Assembly (NCBI GenBank): GCA_965116495.1 | Contig: OZ220696.1 | Location: 1,440,001-1,504,000, forward strand | DNA length: 64,000 nt | Direction: 5' to 3' | From: Gammaproteobacteria bacterium | GTDB taxonomy: Bacteria; Pseudomonadota; Gammaproteobacteria; Eutrophobiales; Eutrophobiaceae | Shown here: in pieces, positions 26,583-36,644 of the stretch | Numbering within the stretch: the stretch's first letter is position 1 | Layout of the letters: each line of letters starts with the position of its first letter | Notes under the pieces: generated by a model | Databases searched by the model: none | Seen by the model: only the letters and a program-made list of their open reading frames with translations | Told to the model about the DNA's origin: nothing | Program-made: the position numbers and the translations under genes

Positions 26583-28817
26583 TCACTTCATCCGGGCCTT
26601 GTATTCTTCCGGACTTTCCGCGCTTTTGTATTTCTGCACCGCTATCTTCCTGTGCAGGATAACCGGTTGTTCCGAGACCGGCGGCGATGCTATATCTGCC
26701 GGGTAACAGCCCATGGTTTGCTTTTCCGGATCCATGTTCGTGCGTGTAGAGAACTGGCGTTTGTTGGTTCGCTTTGCCGGGATGATATTGCCCTGCTCGT
26801 CCGAATCCAGGTCCCACCACCATTTCTTTACCGGGTTGATCAGACCGTTACCCACCTTGTCGTCCAGCCTGGCGATCCACTTCCGGGTGAACGGCAGGTT
26901 CATGGCCGCCCACAGGAATGGTCTCTCGGACAGTACCCCTTCAATATTCCATGGACAGGTTTTCATGCAACGGCCGCACAACGCTCCGGCAGAATTGGTG
27001 ATGCGGTAGCGGGCACACTTTTCCACGTCCGGCTTCCACATTTCATAGCCGTTGAACATGATTTTGTTACCGTAGGGGATCGCCTGACACGGGCATTCCC
27101 TGGCGCACTTGGTGCATTTCTCACAGAAATCCTGCAAACCGAAATCTATGGGTTTATCCGGCAGCAACGGCAGGTCGGTCGTGATGATGCCCGATTTGAA
27201 ACGCGGCCCGACGTAGGGGTTTAACACCAGTTCACCAATCCGGCTCAACTCGCCCAGACCGGCTTCCAGTATAATCGGTATATGCAGTACGTCCTGGTCC
27301 ATCACGCTGTGGCCGCGGGCAGAATAACCCAGGGAACGGATATGCGCGCCGACAACACCCCCAATCAATTGCGCGCGCAAGTAGGCGCGCATACTCTGTG
27401 CGCCGCTGATCCAGTCATCCCCGCTGGCCCCTTCCATGGTCTCGTACCCCTGGTCCACCAGGATTGCGATCCCGTATTTGTGGTACGGCTTTATCTCCGA
27501 ACCATCCGTATCATGGGAGTACCATACATATTCGGGCAACTGACAGATTCCCACCATGTCCGCACCCATGTAATACAAAGCCGCCTTAATCGCTTCTGCG
27601 TTTTTCTTCGGGTCGTCTGTCCCCGGTGCGATTTCATCCGCCTCTTTGCCATATTGCAGCGGGACCATGGCGCCCAGGGGCGGTATCATGGCGTGGCCGT
27701 ATGGCGACTTGGTGATCATGCGAAAGTTTTCCAGTTCCTTTTGCGGCTTTTTCCCCAGGTCGCCCAGGGCAGCCCGGAGAAACATGTCATGCCGTTTCGG
27801 TATGCGCGGCACGTTTGGCTTGTCAATAAGAGTCGTGGTGGTTTCCTGCGGTTTTAGATTTTCCATTGGATAAGGCCCCAGGTGAAGCGGCCTGTTTTTG
27901 AATAACCTGCCCTTGTAACCGGGCCGCGCCCCGCCCAATCCCAACCACCAGCCCGGACCATGGGATTTCAGGGAATCCATAAACCCCCTGCCGGCCAGGG
28001 GTTCGTCAGCAGCAAGCTCCATGGTCGTAGAAACCACGGCCATGCCGAATTGATCGCCCAGGTAGGGATTGCTGACAGTACTGCTGCCGTTCCTGCCGTT
28101 AACCTCACCCAGACCGCTGCAAAGCAACAGGTAATCAAGAGCAACGTCGCTTGCCGTTGCCGTGTGCAATGTTGCTTCAAATCCCAGGAAACGGATGTAA
28201 TTCACCATGACCGCAGCCGCTTCGGCAACCCTGACTGCTGCCCGTTGCGCCTGGGTACCGACCAGCCAGGCTTCGCTATCAGTGCGGGGGTCCGGTTCCC
28301 TGGTGTACTCGACCAGTAACACCAGCGCAAAGCCGTGGTTGAACTCCTTTGCAGAGTCCTGCAGGGATCGCTGCCAGGCTTCCTGGCCTTCCCTGACGGT
28401 GGTCTCAGCCATTACGTTAGTCGCCGAGCCGGCCTGGTATTCCTTTTCCTGGGCCTGCGCCAGGGACTCATTGATGATGGGCTGCGCCAGTATCGCCTGT
28501 TCCGGAATGGCGCAGGTTGCTGCCATACTGACGTCGAGGTTATAGCAGCCGGCCTTCAGGTGGTCGGCCCGCTCCTGCGGGTCTGACGGAATGGGCGCCT
28601 GCTCAGGTACAGGCTCTCCCAGGCGCATGCGGTCGAACAGGTCGATATACTCGCGAAACGCTTCAGCCATGGATGCCGGGTTGGACGATTCAGTTGTATC
28701 CTCGGCACGATGTTTCCCGGAGGGCGAATATTCAGGTATTGAATCCTGCCGGGCAAGCCGTTCCAGTGGAAATGGGCCCAGGTGCATAGCCCGTTTTTTA
28801 TGGGAAAAGAGGCGCAT
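26583..28817 (-). CDS. rdhA: Cobalamin/4Fe-4S catabolic reductive dehalogenase (NpRdhA type, no fused reductase)
   Basis: MRLFSHKKRAMHLGPFPLERLAR; duplicated B12-fold; DQGYETMEGASGDDWIS; QSMRAY; GLGELSRIG; GPRFKS; CEKCTKCARECP and C-x12-CGRCMKTCPW. No Tat signal. Confidence 0.92.
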   Translation of the reverse strand: MRLFSHKKRAMHLGPFPLERLARQDSIPEYSPSGKHRAEDTTESSNPASMAEAFREYIDLFDRMRLGEPVPEQAPIPSDPQERADHLKAGCYNLDVSMAATCAIPEQAILAQPIINESLAQAQEKEYQAGSATNVMAETTVREGQEAWQRSLQDSAKEFNHGFALVLLVEYTREPDPRTDSEAWLVGTQAQRAAVRVAEAAAVMVNYIRFLGFEATLHTATASDVALDYLLLCSGLGEVNGRNGSSTVSNPYLGDQFGMAVVSTTMELAADEPLAGRGFMDSLKSHGPGWWLGLGGARPGYKGRLFKNRPLHLGPYPMENLKPQETTTTLIDKPNVPRIPKRHDMFLRAALGDLGKKPQKELENFRMITKSPYGHAMIPPLGAMVPLQYGKEADEIAPGTDDPKKNAEAIKAALYYMGADMVGICQLPEYVWYSHDTDGSEIKPYHKYGIAILVDQGYETMEGASGDDWISGAQSMRAYLRAQLIGGVVGAHIRSLGYSARGHSVMDQDVLHIPIILEAGLGELSRIGELVLNPYVGPRFKSGIITTDLPLLPDKPIDFGLQDFCEKCTKCARECPCQAIPYGNKIMFNGYEMWKPDVEKCARYRITNSAGALCGRCMKTCPWNIEGVLSERPFLWAAMNLPFTRKWIARLDDKVGNGLINPVKKWWWDLDSDEQGNIIPAKRTNKRQFSTRTNMDPEKQTMGCYPADIASPPVSEQPVILHRKIAVQKYKSAESPEEYKARMK

Positions 28818-28887
28818 GTCAATTAATCCGCAGATGTATGTCAATAAACAGTCGGGATATATGGGGTCAGATCCGTCCCCTGATAAC

Positions 28888-29478
28888 TTATTTCCTCAAT
28901 CCAAGTTCGCTTAAATGGTCATGGACGAAATCAATCCTGTCGTTGCCCCAGAAGATCTGGTCGTCAATGACGAATGTCGGCACGCCGATGACGCCGGATT
29001 CCTGTGCCTCATGCCAGTTGTCTTCGAGGATCTTCTGCCTGGCCGGATCATTCAGTGATGCGCTGAACTCATCGGGGTCGAGGCCGCTCTGACGGGCGAT
29101 GTCCACCAGTGTATCGGGCTGGCCGATATCCACTCCCTGCCCCCATTCGGTATCCATCACATTGATAACATATTCCCGCAAACAGCCTTTCTCTTCTGCC
29201 AGCAGGGAGCCGATACCTGCCGGTGTCGGGTCTGTGGTAATGGGTGGGGGGATACAGGGAATATTCATCCGCTTTGCCCAGCGGGCCACGTCCTGGCGGG
29301 TAATGGGTATCTTGACCTTGGCCCGGTCCGGCGCCGAGCGCCCGTTCCACCCGGCCAGGGGCTTCCAAATGAAATTGACATGGTAGTCATCCACCAGGCT
29401 GAACATCGTCTTGCTGGCGAGATAACAATAGGGACTGCGGAAATTGAAGAAAAACTTTAGATCAACGTTCTGTATCAT
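28888..29478 (-). CDS. 2-hydroxychromene-2-carboxylate isomerase-like (kappa-GST/DsbA family)
   Basis: FFFNFRSPYCYLA, DVARWA, GVIGVPTFVIDDQIFWGNDRIDFV. Confidence 0.85.
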   Translation of the reverse strand: MIQNVDLKFFFNFRSPYCYLASKTMFSLVDDYHVNFIWKPLAGWNGRSAPDRAKVKIPITRQDVARWAKRMNIPCIPPPITTDPTPAGIGSLLAEEKGCLREYVINVMDTEWGQGVDIGQPDTLVDIARQSGLDPDEFSASLNDPARQKILEDNWHEAQESGVIGVPTFVIDDQIFWGNDRIDFVHDHLSELGLRK

Positions 29479-29491
29479 CGGATCGAAAATA

Positions 29492-29566
29492 ACCGGGGAC
29501 AGGTTTAAATCTGTCCCCAATACACCTGGCGAAATATCCGGGGACAGATTTAAACCTGTCCCCGGT
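29492..29566. repeat. Inverted doublet of the GGGGACAG palindrome (REPIN-like)
   Basis: Copies at 29495-29518 and 29540-29563 are reverse complements of each other. Confidence 0.8.
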
Positions 29567-29576
29567 AAACTCCATG

Positions 29577-30884
29577 CTATCTACCGCTCTTGCGCAGGTT
29601 CTGCACCGTGAACATCTGCGGCGGGTTCAACGTGGGATCAAGCTGTCCCTTGAACTGGCCGGTGGTGCAGTGTTTGGCCTGTACGTCATACATCATGAAG
29701 CAGTCGTCGATGGCGACGCCGGACCCCTTGTTCTTGGGCATGTGGTTGTCCGGGTAGGCCTGGCAGATGGAGAAGGATTTCCACAGGTCGCCCTTGCGAT
29801 CGAACTCAGCCTGGCGCGGAATGGTATAGGTCTGTGCGTCAATATACATCTCGCGGCGGCTTAACGGGTGGTTCGGATCCTTGGGTGTGCCATGCAGTTC
29901 ATAGACCTTGCGCAGTTCCCAGGTGGTCTTGGGGTAGCAACCATCCACGTCCACAAACTGGTAGCCGTCCGGTTCCGGCGGCATGTCGGTAGCCAGTTCC
30001 AGTTCATTATGGTTGTGGAACGGCAGGAAGGCGTTTTTGGCGCCGACAAATTTCCAGTTGTAGTCGGACACGCGGTTATTGTAGCCTTCAAAGTCTTCGA
30101 TCATGATATCCGTGCCCAGGAAAGCGTCCGTGGTCTGGCCGGTAGCGAGACGGCGTACACGCCGTTGAAAACCCAGGTACAACCAGGCGTCATCACGCTT
30201 CAGGTCATTCTTGTAGCGGTGAATGAGAAGCTGGGTGTTGGCGATATCGAACGGCTCCAAGGCCCGGACGTAAATCGACCGGAACAATTCAGCCGGATTG
30301 TCGGTAAATTCCGGGGTGGGTTCCTGGTTGACCCGGTGTTTCCAGTTCAGGAAGTGGAAGCTCCACTTGATGGTGCGCTCCAGCTTGCCGCTCTTGGCAT
30401 TCCTGAATTTCCAGTAAAACGGCGAGATGGCCGCGTTGTCACCCCAGTTATAGCCGTACTGGTAATTCCAGGCCATTTTCAGACCCGCCTGGGGATCATT
30501 GGGGTCCGGTTCCTTGGGGAAGGCCCGGCCGGCCACGAAATTGTCCACCAGGCCGTCAGCGCTGAGGCCGGGCGGGTTGTTCACCGCATCCATGGTGACC
30601 TTGATGTAGTTCGGGTGCAGCACCAGGGAATCCGTCTCCTTGGTCTGCAAGGACGTCTCACCGTTCTTGATGTGGTCGTACAGCGCCGGGTCAAGAATCT
30701 CCTTGAACTGCTCCACGTTGCCCTGGTCTATGACCATGCCGGGGGTGTAACCCGCGAACTCCGGCGTCCAGTTTTCATACGGATAAAACGAATTCCTTAC
30801 GTCATCCTCGGTGAAATCGGCCGAGACTGCCAGACTCAGGGCAACCAGCGGCATAACAGCAAGATACTTTACATACTTAAACAT
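29577..30884 (-). CDS. DUF1329 periplasmic protein, copy 1
   Basis: Signal peptide, AGRAFP, KMAWNY, AWLYLGFQRRVRRLATGQTTDAFLG, C-terminal FTVQNLRKSGR. Confidence 0.87.
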   Translation of the reverse strand: MFKYVKYLAVMPLVALSLAVSADFTEDDVRNSFYPYENWTPEFAGYTPGMVIDQGNVEQFKEILDPALYDHIKNGETSLQTKETDSLVLHPNYIKVTMDAVNNPPGLSADGLVDNFVAGRAFPKEPDPNDPQAGLKMAWNYQYGYNWGDNAAISPFYWKFRNAKSGKLERTIKWSFHFLNWKHRVNQEPTPEFTDNPAELFRSIYVRALEPFDIANTQLLIHRYKNDLKRDDAWLYLGFQRRVRRLATGQTTDAFLGTDIMIEDFEGYNNRVSDYNWKFVGAKNAFLPFHNHNELELATDMPPEPDGYQFVDVDGCYPKTTWELRKVYELHGTPKDPNHPLSRREMYIDAQTYTIPRQAEFDRKGDLWKSFSICQAYPDNHMPKNKGSGVAIDDCFMMYDVQAKHCTTGQFKGQLDPTLNPPQMFTVQNLRKSGR

Positions 30885-30914
30885 GATGATTAAGCCTCCT
30901 TCCTGTAAATATTA

Positions 30915-32957
30915 TTAGAAGCGATAGCGGAGCAGAACTTGAAATTCATCTTCGTGCTGCGCCATGCCGAGGGGACCGGAACGGAAACGACCCAGTGGTT
31001 CGAAGCCTCTGCGGATTCCCAGGCTGGAAAATTCATTACCAGGAAGGCAAGGTGCGACACTGTCTGGCGGGGCGCATGCCGGGCCGGCGGTAAATGGCGG
31101 ATACGTATTAGATGTACGACCATCGTCAGCCACCCTGCGACCACTACCAAACTTGATATTGGCGCCGAAGATCAAACGCAGGTTATCGTTGATCAGGTAG
31201 TCTACGCCCGGGGCTATTACGGTTGCCTTGGCGCGGAAATCACGCGCCATAATGATGCGCGGCAGCACCCGGTCATTCCTGAAGAAACCCTGGAACAGGA
31301 AGGTGCCGATATAGCCGTTCTGCCAGTCCTGGAAACCTATCTGTTCCCCGGTCAGGGGATGACTGATTGATTTATGGTCAAGCAGGTGCTGACCGAATAT
31401 CTGCGCGGAGAGCAGGAAGGTCCGGTTCGGGTTCAGCCAGCGGATATAGGTGGGACGATCCCAGCCTATTACCCATCGTATCACGTCTGACTCGGAGTTC
31501 AGGTCAGATACCGAGGTATCGGCAAATTCCTCACCACTGGTATGAGCCATCTCCACCCGAAATGCAGATTTTAACGGATCAACGTAAAAGTCAGCCGAGC
31601 CACCTACCAGGGTGACACGCGGGAAATAAATATCAAATGCCGGCAGATAGGGTCTGGGTTTGTATGCGCCGCCCACTTCAGTCGGGTCAGGCACAATAGG
31701 ATGACCTACGCCAGGCGCCAGAAACGGATTCACTGCGGGTATCCCACCACGTAATGCCGGTAGTTGAGAGTAAAACGTCATGGCGTTGACGGAGAAACCC
31801 ACACTCCTGAACACGCCTTCAAGCCTCACACCGCCTTGGTCAAAATCCCAGCCAGGCATATGGACATCCCGGATGCCGATAGTATTGGCAGGGAAATCGG
31901 TAGACAGATTACCACCTGGGACCAGGCCGGTGGCAAAGTTACTGACGGTACAGCCATTATCCCAGCAGTTCTTCAAGGACCGGAACAGGTCACCGGCCAG
32001 CAGGATATTGTAAGGCTGGCCGCCCTGCCCCAGGTGATTCGGACGGAATTTTTCAAAGTTCCAGATCACCTGGAAGTTCAGGTCATCAAAGGCGCCTACT
32101 GCGCCGGCACGGTATTCGGCGGAGAATATCCCCAGGGGAATACGGCTGTCTTCGAACTCTTCATAAATGCTCTGGATGGAGAAGTCGATGGGATTGACCT
32201 GGTCCAGCACCCGGAACAGGTCGGTGCGGCCCCAAACTACCTGCTGGCGGCCAATACGGAGGTTGATCTCATCGCCGTTGTTGACCGGCACCGTGGCGTC
32301 AACATAAATCTCCCGCAGCCAGCCGTGGTCGTCGGTGAACTCGGGGAAGCGCAGGTCGTCCATGGTCGCGTCCATGTAACCGGGGATACAGCCACGGGAA
32401 TCCACGTCGCAGGGCCGGGTAGGGGCAAAGAACTCCAGGCCGCCGCCGAACTCACCGTTATTGTTTTTTATACCCAGTTCGCCGCCCACCTTTTTTAACC
32501 CTTCATTGGGATTGGTTGCAAGATCAAATCCAAAACCACCCCCACCAGGTAGCGCGGGATTATTGGCAGTAACCGGTGAGTGACCCCATGGAGTCTGCAG
32601 GCCGTTGGCATGACCGATAGGTATGCCTGAACTGGAACCGAAAACCTGACCACCTGAACGGTCACCAAACCTGTCATCATTCAGGTCATACACACCATCA
32701 TAGCTGGCCCGTAAAGTCCCGTGGAACGAGAGTTCGGAGAAGAATCCCGTGGGCTTGAATACCTTGGACCACTCGATCTGGCCGCGCACGCGCTCCTTGG
32801 TAATACCGTAATCAGCGCGATGGTGGTAGGTATTATCGAGGAAACCATGGATTTCCAAAGTACCGTCCTTGGAATTCCAGGCGGATGCCGTCAGTGATGC
32901 GACAGCGAGGACACAGCCGAACGACAGCGTAAGTAAGAACCTGCGGATATTCATCAT
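30915..32957 (-). CDS. DUF1302 outer-membrane beta-barrel protein
   Basis: Signal peptide, LREIYVD, RIGRQQVVWGRTDLFRVLDQVNPID, C-terminal LRYRF. Confidence 0.82.
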   Translation of the reverse strand: MMNIRRFLLTLSFGCVLAVASLTASAWNSKDGTLEIHGFLDNTYHHRADYGITKERVRGQIEWSKVFKPTGFFSELSFHGTLRASYDGVYDLNDDRFGDRSGGQVFGSSSGIPIGHANGLQTPWGHSPVTANNPALPGGGGFGFDLATNPNEGLKKVGGELGIKNNNGEFGGGLEFFAPTRPCDVDSRGCIPGYMDATMDDLRFPEFTDDHGWLREIYVDATVPVNNGDEINLRIGRQQVVWGRTDLFRVLDQVNPIDFSIQSIYEEFEDSRIPLGIFSAEYRAGAVGAFDDLNFQVIWNFEKFRPNHLGQGGQPYNILLAGDLFRSLKNCWDNGCTVSNFATGLVPGGNLSTDFPANTIGIRDVHMPGWDFDQGGVRLEGVFRSVGFSVNAMTFYSQLPALRGGIPAVNPFLAPGVGHPIVPDPTEVGGAYKPRPYLPAFDIYFPRVTLVGGSADFYVDPLKSAFRVEMAHTSGEEFADTSVSDLNSESDVIRWVIGWDRPTYIRWLNPNRTFLLSAQIFGQHLLDHKSISHPLTGEQIGFQDWQNGYIGTFLFQGFFRNDRVLPRIIMARDFRAKATVIAPGVDYLINDNLRLIFGANIKFGSGRRVADDGRTSNTYPPFTAGPACAPPDSVAPCLPGNEFSSLGIRRGFEPLGRFRSGPLGMAQHEDEFQVLLRYRF

Positions 32958-32997
32958 TTATCCTCCCATGCTATATGGCCAAGGTTTAGGTGATGGT

Positions 32998-33023
32998 AAA
33001 AATATCGATATTTTTTCATTATA
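32998..33023 (-). promoter_or_regulatory. Palindromic operator immediately downstream of a -10 box
   Basis: Perfect 18-bp palindrome AAAAATATCGATATTTTT at 32998-33015; minus-strand TATAAT at 33023-33018. No convincing -35. Confidence 0.65.
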
Positions 33024-33076
33024 GCCTCTTTAACGGTCAATGCTATCAATAATTTGACATTTGGCAAGTGTGCCTG

Positions 33077-35479
33077 TCAGGACAGGTCTTCAATCTCATC
33101 AATCGTCGAACCGGCGCCCTTCTCCCAGCGTTCCTCACCCGCCCTCATGATGAATTTGGGCTTGAAGATGTTCACCCAGGCCGGCACCAGGAACATGGCG
33201 GAGGCCATGTTCATCACCAGCATGATGATCAGCAGCCTGGCCGCGTCGGCCTGGAAGCGCAACTCGGAAATGAACACCCACATGATAATGCCGCCGACCA
33301 GGGTCGTGGCGGTCAGGGCGATGGCAACACCGGTGGTGCTCACTGCGCGGCGGATGGCGTCCTGCACGTTGTCCGCCACGTGCATCTCCTCCTTGATGCG
33401 ATCCATCATGTAGATGGCGTAATCCACCCCCAGTCCGATACCCACCGCGATCATGGGCACGGTATTGACGTTCAGTCCCATGTTCAGCAAGCCCATGCAG
33501 GCGTAGGTCAGCGTGGTGGCAAACGTCATGGAGACCAGCATCATGAAACCCGAGTGGAACGACCCGTAAAACCACAGGGTAAAAGCCAGGATCAGGACCA
33601 GCACCGCGGGCACTACAATCACGTTGGTCTCAAAGGCCTCCTCGTTGATGGCCGCAGTCACCCCCACCGGCCCACCGGCCAGGTCAATGTGCAGACCTTC
33701 CACCTGGCTGCCGGTAGTATCTATCCATTCCTTGGCCATGTGGATGGCGCGCCGGATAGTCTCGCCGGTATGGTCTTTATAGTAGAACACCATGTTGGCC
33801 AGGCGGTCGTCGGTGTCGATATACTCCTGCAACGCACCCTGGGTCGGCGCGGACATCATGAACATGAACAACAGGCCGCCGATATTCTGGTCGATGGAAG
33901 GAATCACCGACCAGCGCGGGTCGTTGTTACGGGTCATCTGGTTCACCTGCATCAGCAGGTTGTTCACCCCTTTGACCCCACCCAGCTTGGGATCCAGCAT
34001 CATGTGGTTCTGGAAATCAGCCAGAGCCTTCATGATCTCCGGTTTCTTCAGTCCGCCGTTCTCATCCGCGCGGGCGATGATGAACAGTTCCTCGGCGCCC
34101 GGGAAGCGGTCGTTGATCGCGGTGGAGGAAATATTGAAGTCATGATCGTGGTAAAGCAAAGGCGAGCCCGGTTCCGGTTCGCCGATCTGCACCCAGGAAC
34201 TGAAGTAAGTGGCGCACAGCGCAATAATCAGGCAGGTAATCAACACCGTTTTTGAACGCCCGCGGGTGCCGACCACCTGGGCAAACTTGGGAAAGATAAC
34301 CCGCGCCATGGTATGCTTGACGGCCACGTCTTTCGGCCTGGGCAACTCTGCCAGCAGCATGGGGATCACTATCAATACCGTGACGACCATGCACACCGCC
34401 CAGAACGATGCATAGATGGCCATTTTGTCGTTGATAGGCACGGAACCCAGCCCGATGAGATACAGGGCCGAAGCATCCGCAACAATCGCCAGCGCGCCGG
34501 GCCTGAACAGCGCATTAAACGTGTTCCTGGCAGCAGACACCTTCTCGTGGGTGCGGGACAATTCAAGAAAATAGCGTTCCATCTTCTGGATGCCGTGGGA
34601 CATGGACCGGGCCGAGATGAGAAACGGCACCACCAGCATCAACGGGTCCAGGTTATAACCGAACACCCCCATGAAACCCACTCCCCAGATACTGGTTAAT
34701 ATCATGCCCAGCAGCGGCAACAGGATGCCATACAGCCGGCGCGAGTAGAAGACCAGGATAGCCAGGACGATCAGTATGGTGTAGAAAAAGATGAGCAGGA
34801 TATCGCCGCTGTAGGAATCAACCCAACCCACCAGTACCGGATGGCCGGTTGCATGGATATTTACGCCGGACACAATTTCCGACGCCCGAATTTCCTGTAT
34901 TTCCTCAAACACCTTGCCGTAATCCAGTTGGCCTTCATTCAGGGTGCCCTTGATAAGGGCCGACTTCATGTCCGGCGACACCAGCAGGCCGTATACGTTG
35001 GTACTGGCCACCACGTCCCGCTGGATTTTTGCCAGTTGTTCTTCCGTATATTCATCATGGTGCGGGTCGTAATAGGTCTGCGATCGTATCGTCCCGTCCG
35101 GCGTCAGGAAGATTTTCCGGGTATTGCGATGGGTCAGGCTGCTCACCAGGTTATGGTTGATGTTGGATACGCTGTCCAGTTTCTGGGTAATGCGGTGGAT
35201 CCGGTCCAGGGAATCATTGGTGAAGATCGTGCCCTCCTCCACTTCCATGGCCATGACAATGATATTGGCGCCCCCGAAGGTATCCCGGATACTGTTATGC
35301 AGTTGTATATAGGGGTGCTCCTGGGGTAACAGGTCGGCAAAATCCGACAACATGCGAACGGCAGGTATATTCCATGCAAACATGGCCGTAATCAGGAAGA
35401 TAACGGCCAGTACAAATTTTCTGTTATTGAACAGGAAATTACCAAAAGTAGGAAAAATCTGACTGGTATCTAGTTTCAT
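33077..35479 (-). CDS. RND/MMPL-family inner-membrane transporter
   Basis: Two repeats of periplasmic domain plus TM block; LLPQEHPY..FGGAN, GIGLGVDYAIY, SELRFQAD. Confidence 0.9.
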   Translation of the reverse strand: MKLDTSQIFPTFGNFLFNNRKFVLAVIFLITAMFAWNIPAVRMLSDFADLLPQEHPYIQLHNSIRDTFGGANIIVMAMEVEEGTIFTNDSLDRIHRITQKLDSVSNINHNLVSSLTHRNTRKIFLTPDGTIRSQTYYDPHHDEYTEEQLAKIQRDVVASTNVYGLLVSPDMKSALIKGTLNEGQLDYGKVFEEIQEIRASEIVSGVNIHATGHPVLVGWVDSYSGDILLIFFYTILIVLAILVFYSRRLYGILLPLLGMILTSIWGVGFMGVFGYNLDPLMLVVPFLISARSMSHGIQKMERYFLELSRTHEKVSAARNTFNALFRPGALAIVADASALYLIGLGSVPINDKMAIYASFWAVCMVVTVLIVIPMLLAELPRPKDVAVKHTMARVIFPKFAQVVGTRGRSKTVLITCLIIALCATYFSSWVQIGEPEPGSPLLYHDHDFNISSTAINDRFPGAEELFIIARADENGGLKKPEIMKALADFQNHMMLDPKLGGVKGVNNLLMQVNQMTRNNDPRWSVIPSIDQNIGGLLFMFMMSAPTQGALQEYIDTDDRLANMVFYYKDHTGETIRRAIHMAKEWIDTTGSQVEGLHIDLAGGPVGVTAAINEEAFETNVIVVPAVLVLILAFTLWFYGSFHSGFMMLVSMTFATTLTYACMGLLNMGLNVNTVPMIAVGIGLGVDYAIYMMDRIKEEMHVADNVQDAIRRAVSTTGVAIALTATTLVGGIIMWVFISELRFQADAARLLIIMLVMNMASAMFLVPAWVNIFKPKFIMRAGEERWEKGAGSTIDEIEDLS

Positions 35480-36468
35480 CGTTTTTCACTGTTCAACAAT
35501 TCATCGATGGAAAAAACATGTAACACGCCACCGGGACCGCTGACTATTAACCGGTGATCAGGCAAGGGCTGTATCCCGCGCAGGTACAGCCGGAACGGTT
35601 GGCCGTGATCGACCGGCGCCCACTTTCCTCCTTCATAACGGAATATGGTGCCTTCGCCACCGACAACGAATATATGGCCGTTGGATTCAGCCAGGGTGTA
35701 CAAGGTGACCAGGCTGCCGGTGGCTTGAATCTGCCAGGTCTGTCCGCCGTCGAAAGTTTCCAGGACGACACCTCCCAGACCGGCAATCCATCCCTTGTCC
35801 TGATCTTCAAAATACATGCTCTGCGGATAAAACTCATCGGGCATGGGGGGCATCAATTCCCAGGTGGCTCCAGCGTCCCCGGTTTTCAGCAGAGTGCCGA
35901 ACTCACCGGCGATATAAGCGGTCCGTTCATCGAAGAACTGGATGCCCGTATAAATCACATCTTCATCCCGGGAGGATACTTCCCAGGTGGCGCCGCCATC
36001 CCGGCTGATGGATACGGTGGAAAAACTGCCTACCACCCATAAATTGCCGGCAGGGTCGCACTGGATGGCCTGCGGCGCTTCCTCGGTGGTCAGTCTGCTC
36101 TGGTTCCAGACCCGGCCTCCGTCACTGGAAAGCCACACCTCACCTTCAAAAGCCAGCGCGGCAAACAGGCCGTTACTGCAACTGGCGATGTCCAGGAAAG
36201 AGGGCCAGGAAGAAATTTCCTGGCGCTGCCAGGTCGCTCCGCTATCTCCCGATGTCAGGATGACCCCGCTTGCCCCCACTGCAACAACATTCTGCCCGGA
36301 GGAGCCGACTGCCTGGAAATTATCCGTCCTGCGGATCGGAGACTGTCCCATTTTTTCAACCTCGTCCAGTACCAGCGGCGCTTCACAGCCGGAGGACAGC
36401 AGGCAGACAACAGCCAGCAGGCAGCAACAGGCCAACCTGGTCATACTTGTTATCTTGTTATTATTCAC
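35476..36468 (-). CDS. YCF48/BNR-repeat beta-propeller lipoprotein
   Basis: GTG start after GGGGAG, lipobox LSSGC, repeated S-x-DGG-x-TW motifs. ATGA overlap with the MMPL gene. Confidence 0.85.
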   Translation of the reverse strand: MNNNKITSMTRLACCCLLAVVCLLSSGCEAPLVLDEVEKMGQSPIRRTDNFQAVGSSGQNVVAVGASGVILTSGDSGATWQRQEISSWPSFLDIASCSNGLFAALAFEGEVWLSSDGGRVWNQSRLTTEEAPQAIQCDPAGNLWVVGSFSTVSISRDGGATWEVSSRDEDVIYTGIQFFDERTAYIAGEFGTLLKTGDAGATWELMPPMPDEFYPQSMYFEDQDKGWIAGLGGVVLETFDGGQTWQIQATGSLVTLYTLAESNGHIFVVGGEGTIFRYEGGKWAPVDHGQPFRLYLRGIQPLPDHRLIVSGPGGVLHVFSIDELLNSEKR

Positions 36469-36516
36469 TATCTCCCCTTTATCCGAAAAAGTGTCACCAC
36501 AGGCGACTGTTTGTCC

Positions 36517-36603
36517 ACTGGCTTCCTGCTTTCGCAGGAATGGCCTCCCCGTCTGCCATCCCGTCCCCTCGTCCGCCATGCCGGGCTTGACCCGGCATCC
36601 AGT
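36517..36603. repeat. Pair of GTCATTCC...GGAATCCAGT-family REP hairpins
   Basis: ACTGGCTTCCTGCTTTCGCAGGAATGGC and GCCATGCCGGGCTTGACCCGGCATCCAGT. Confidence 0.7.
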
Positions 36604-36644
36604 ATAAATACCGTGTCGCCTCCGACGACTCCTTTTTATCGTTT

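Noticed and set aside
26583-28817. Organohalide respiration, or epoxyqueuosine reductase QueG
   Set aside because: No Tat signal or RdhB anchor is present. Its length, duplicated domain and motifs fit catabolic RdhA, in an oxygenase-rich context.
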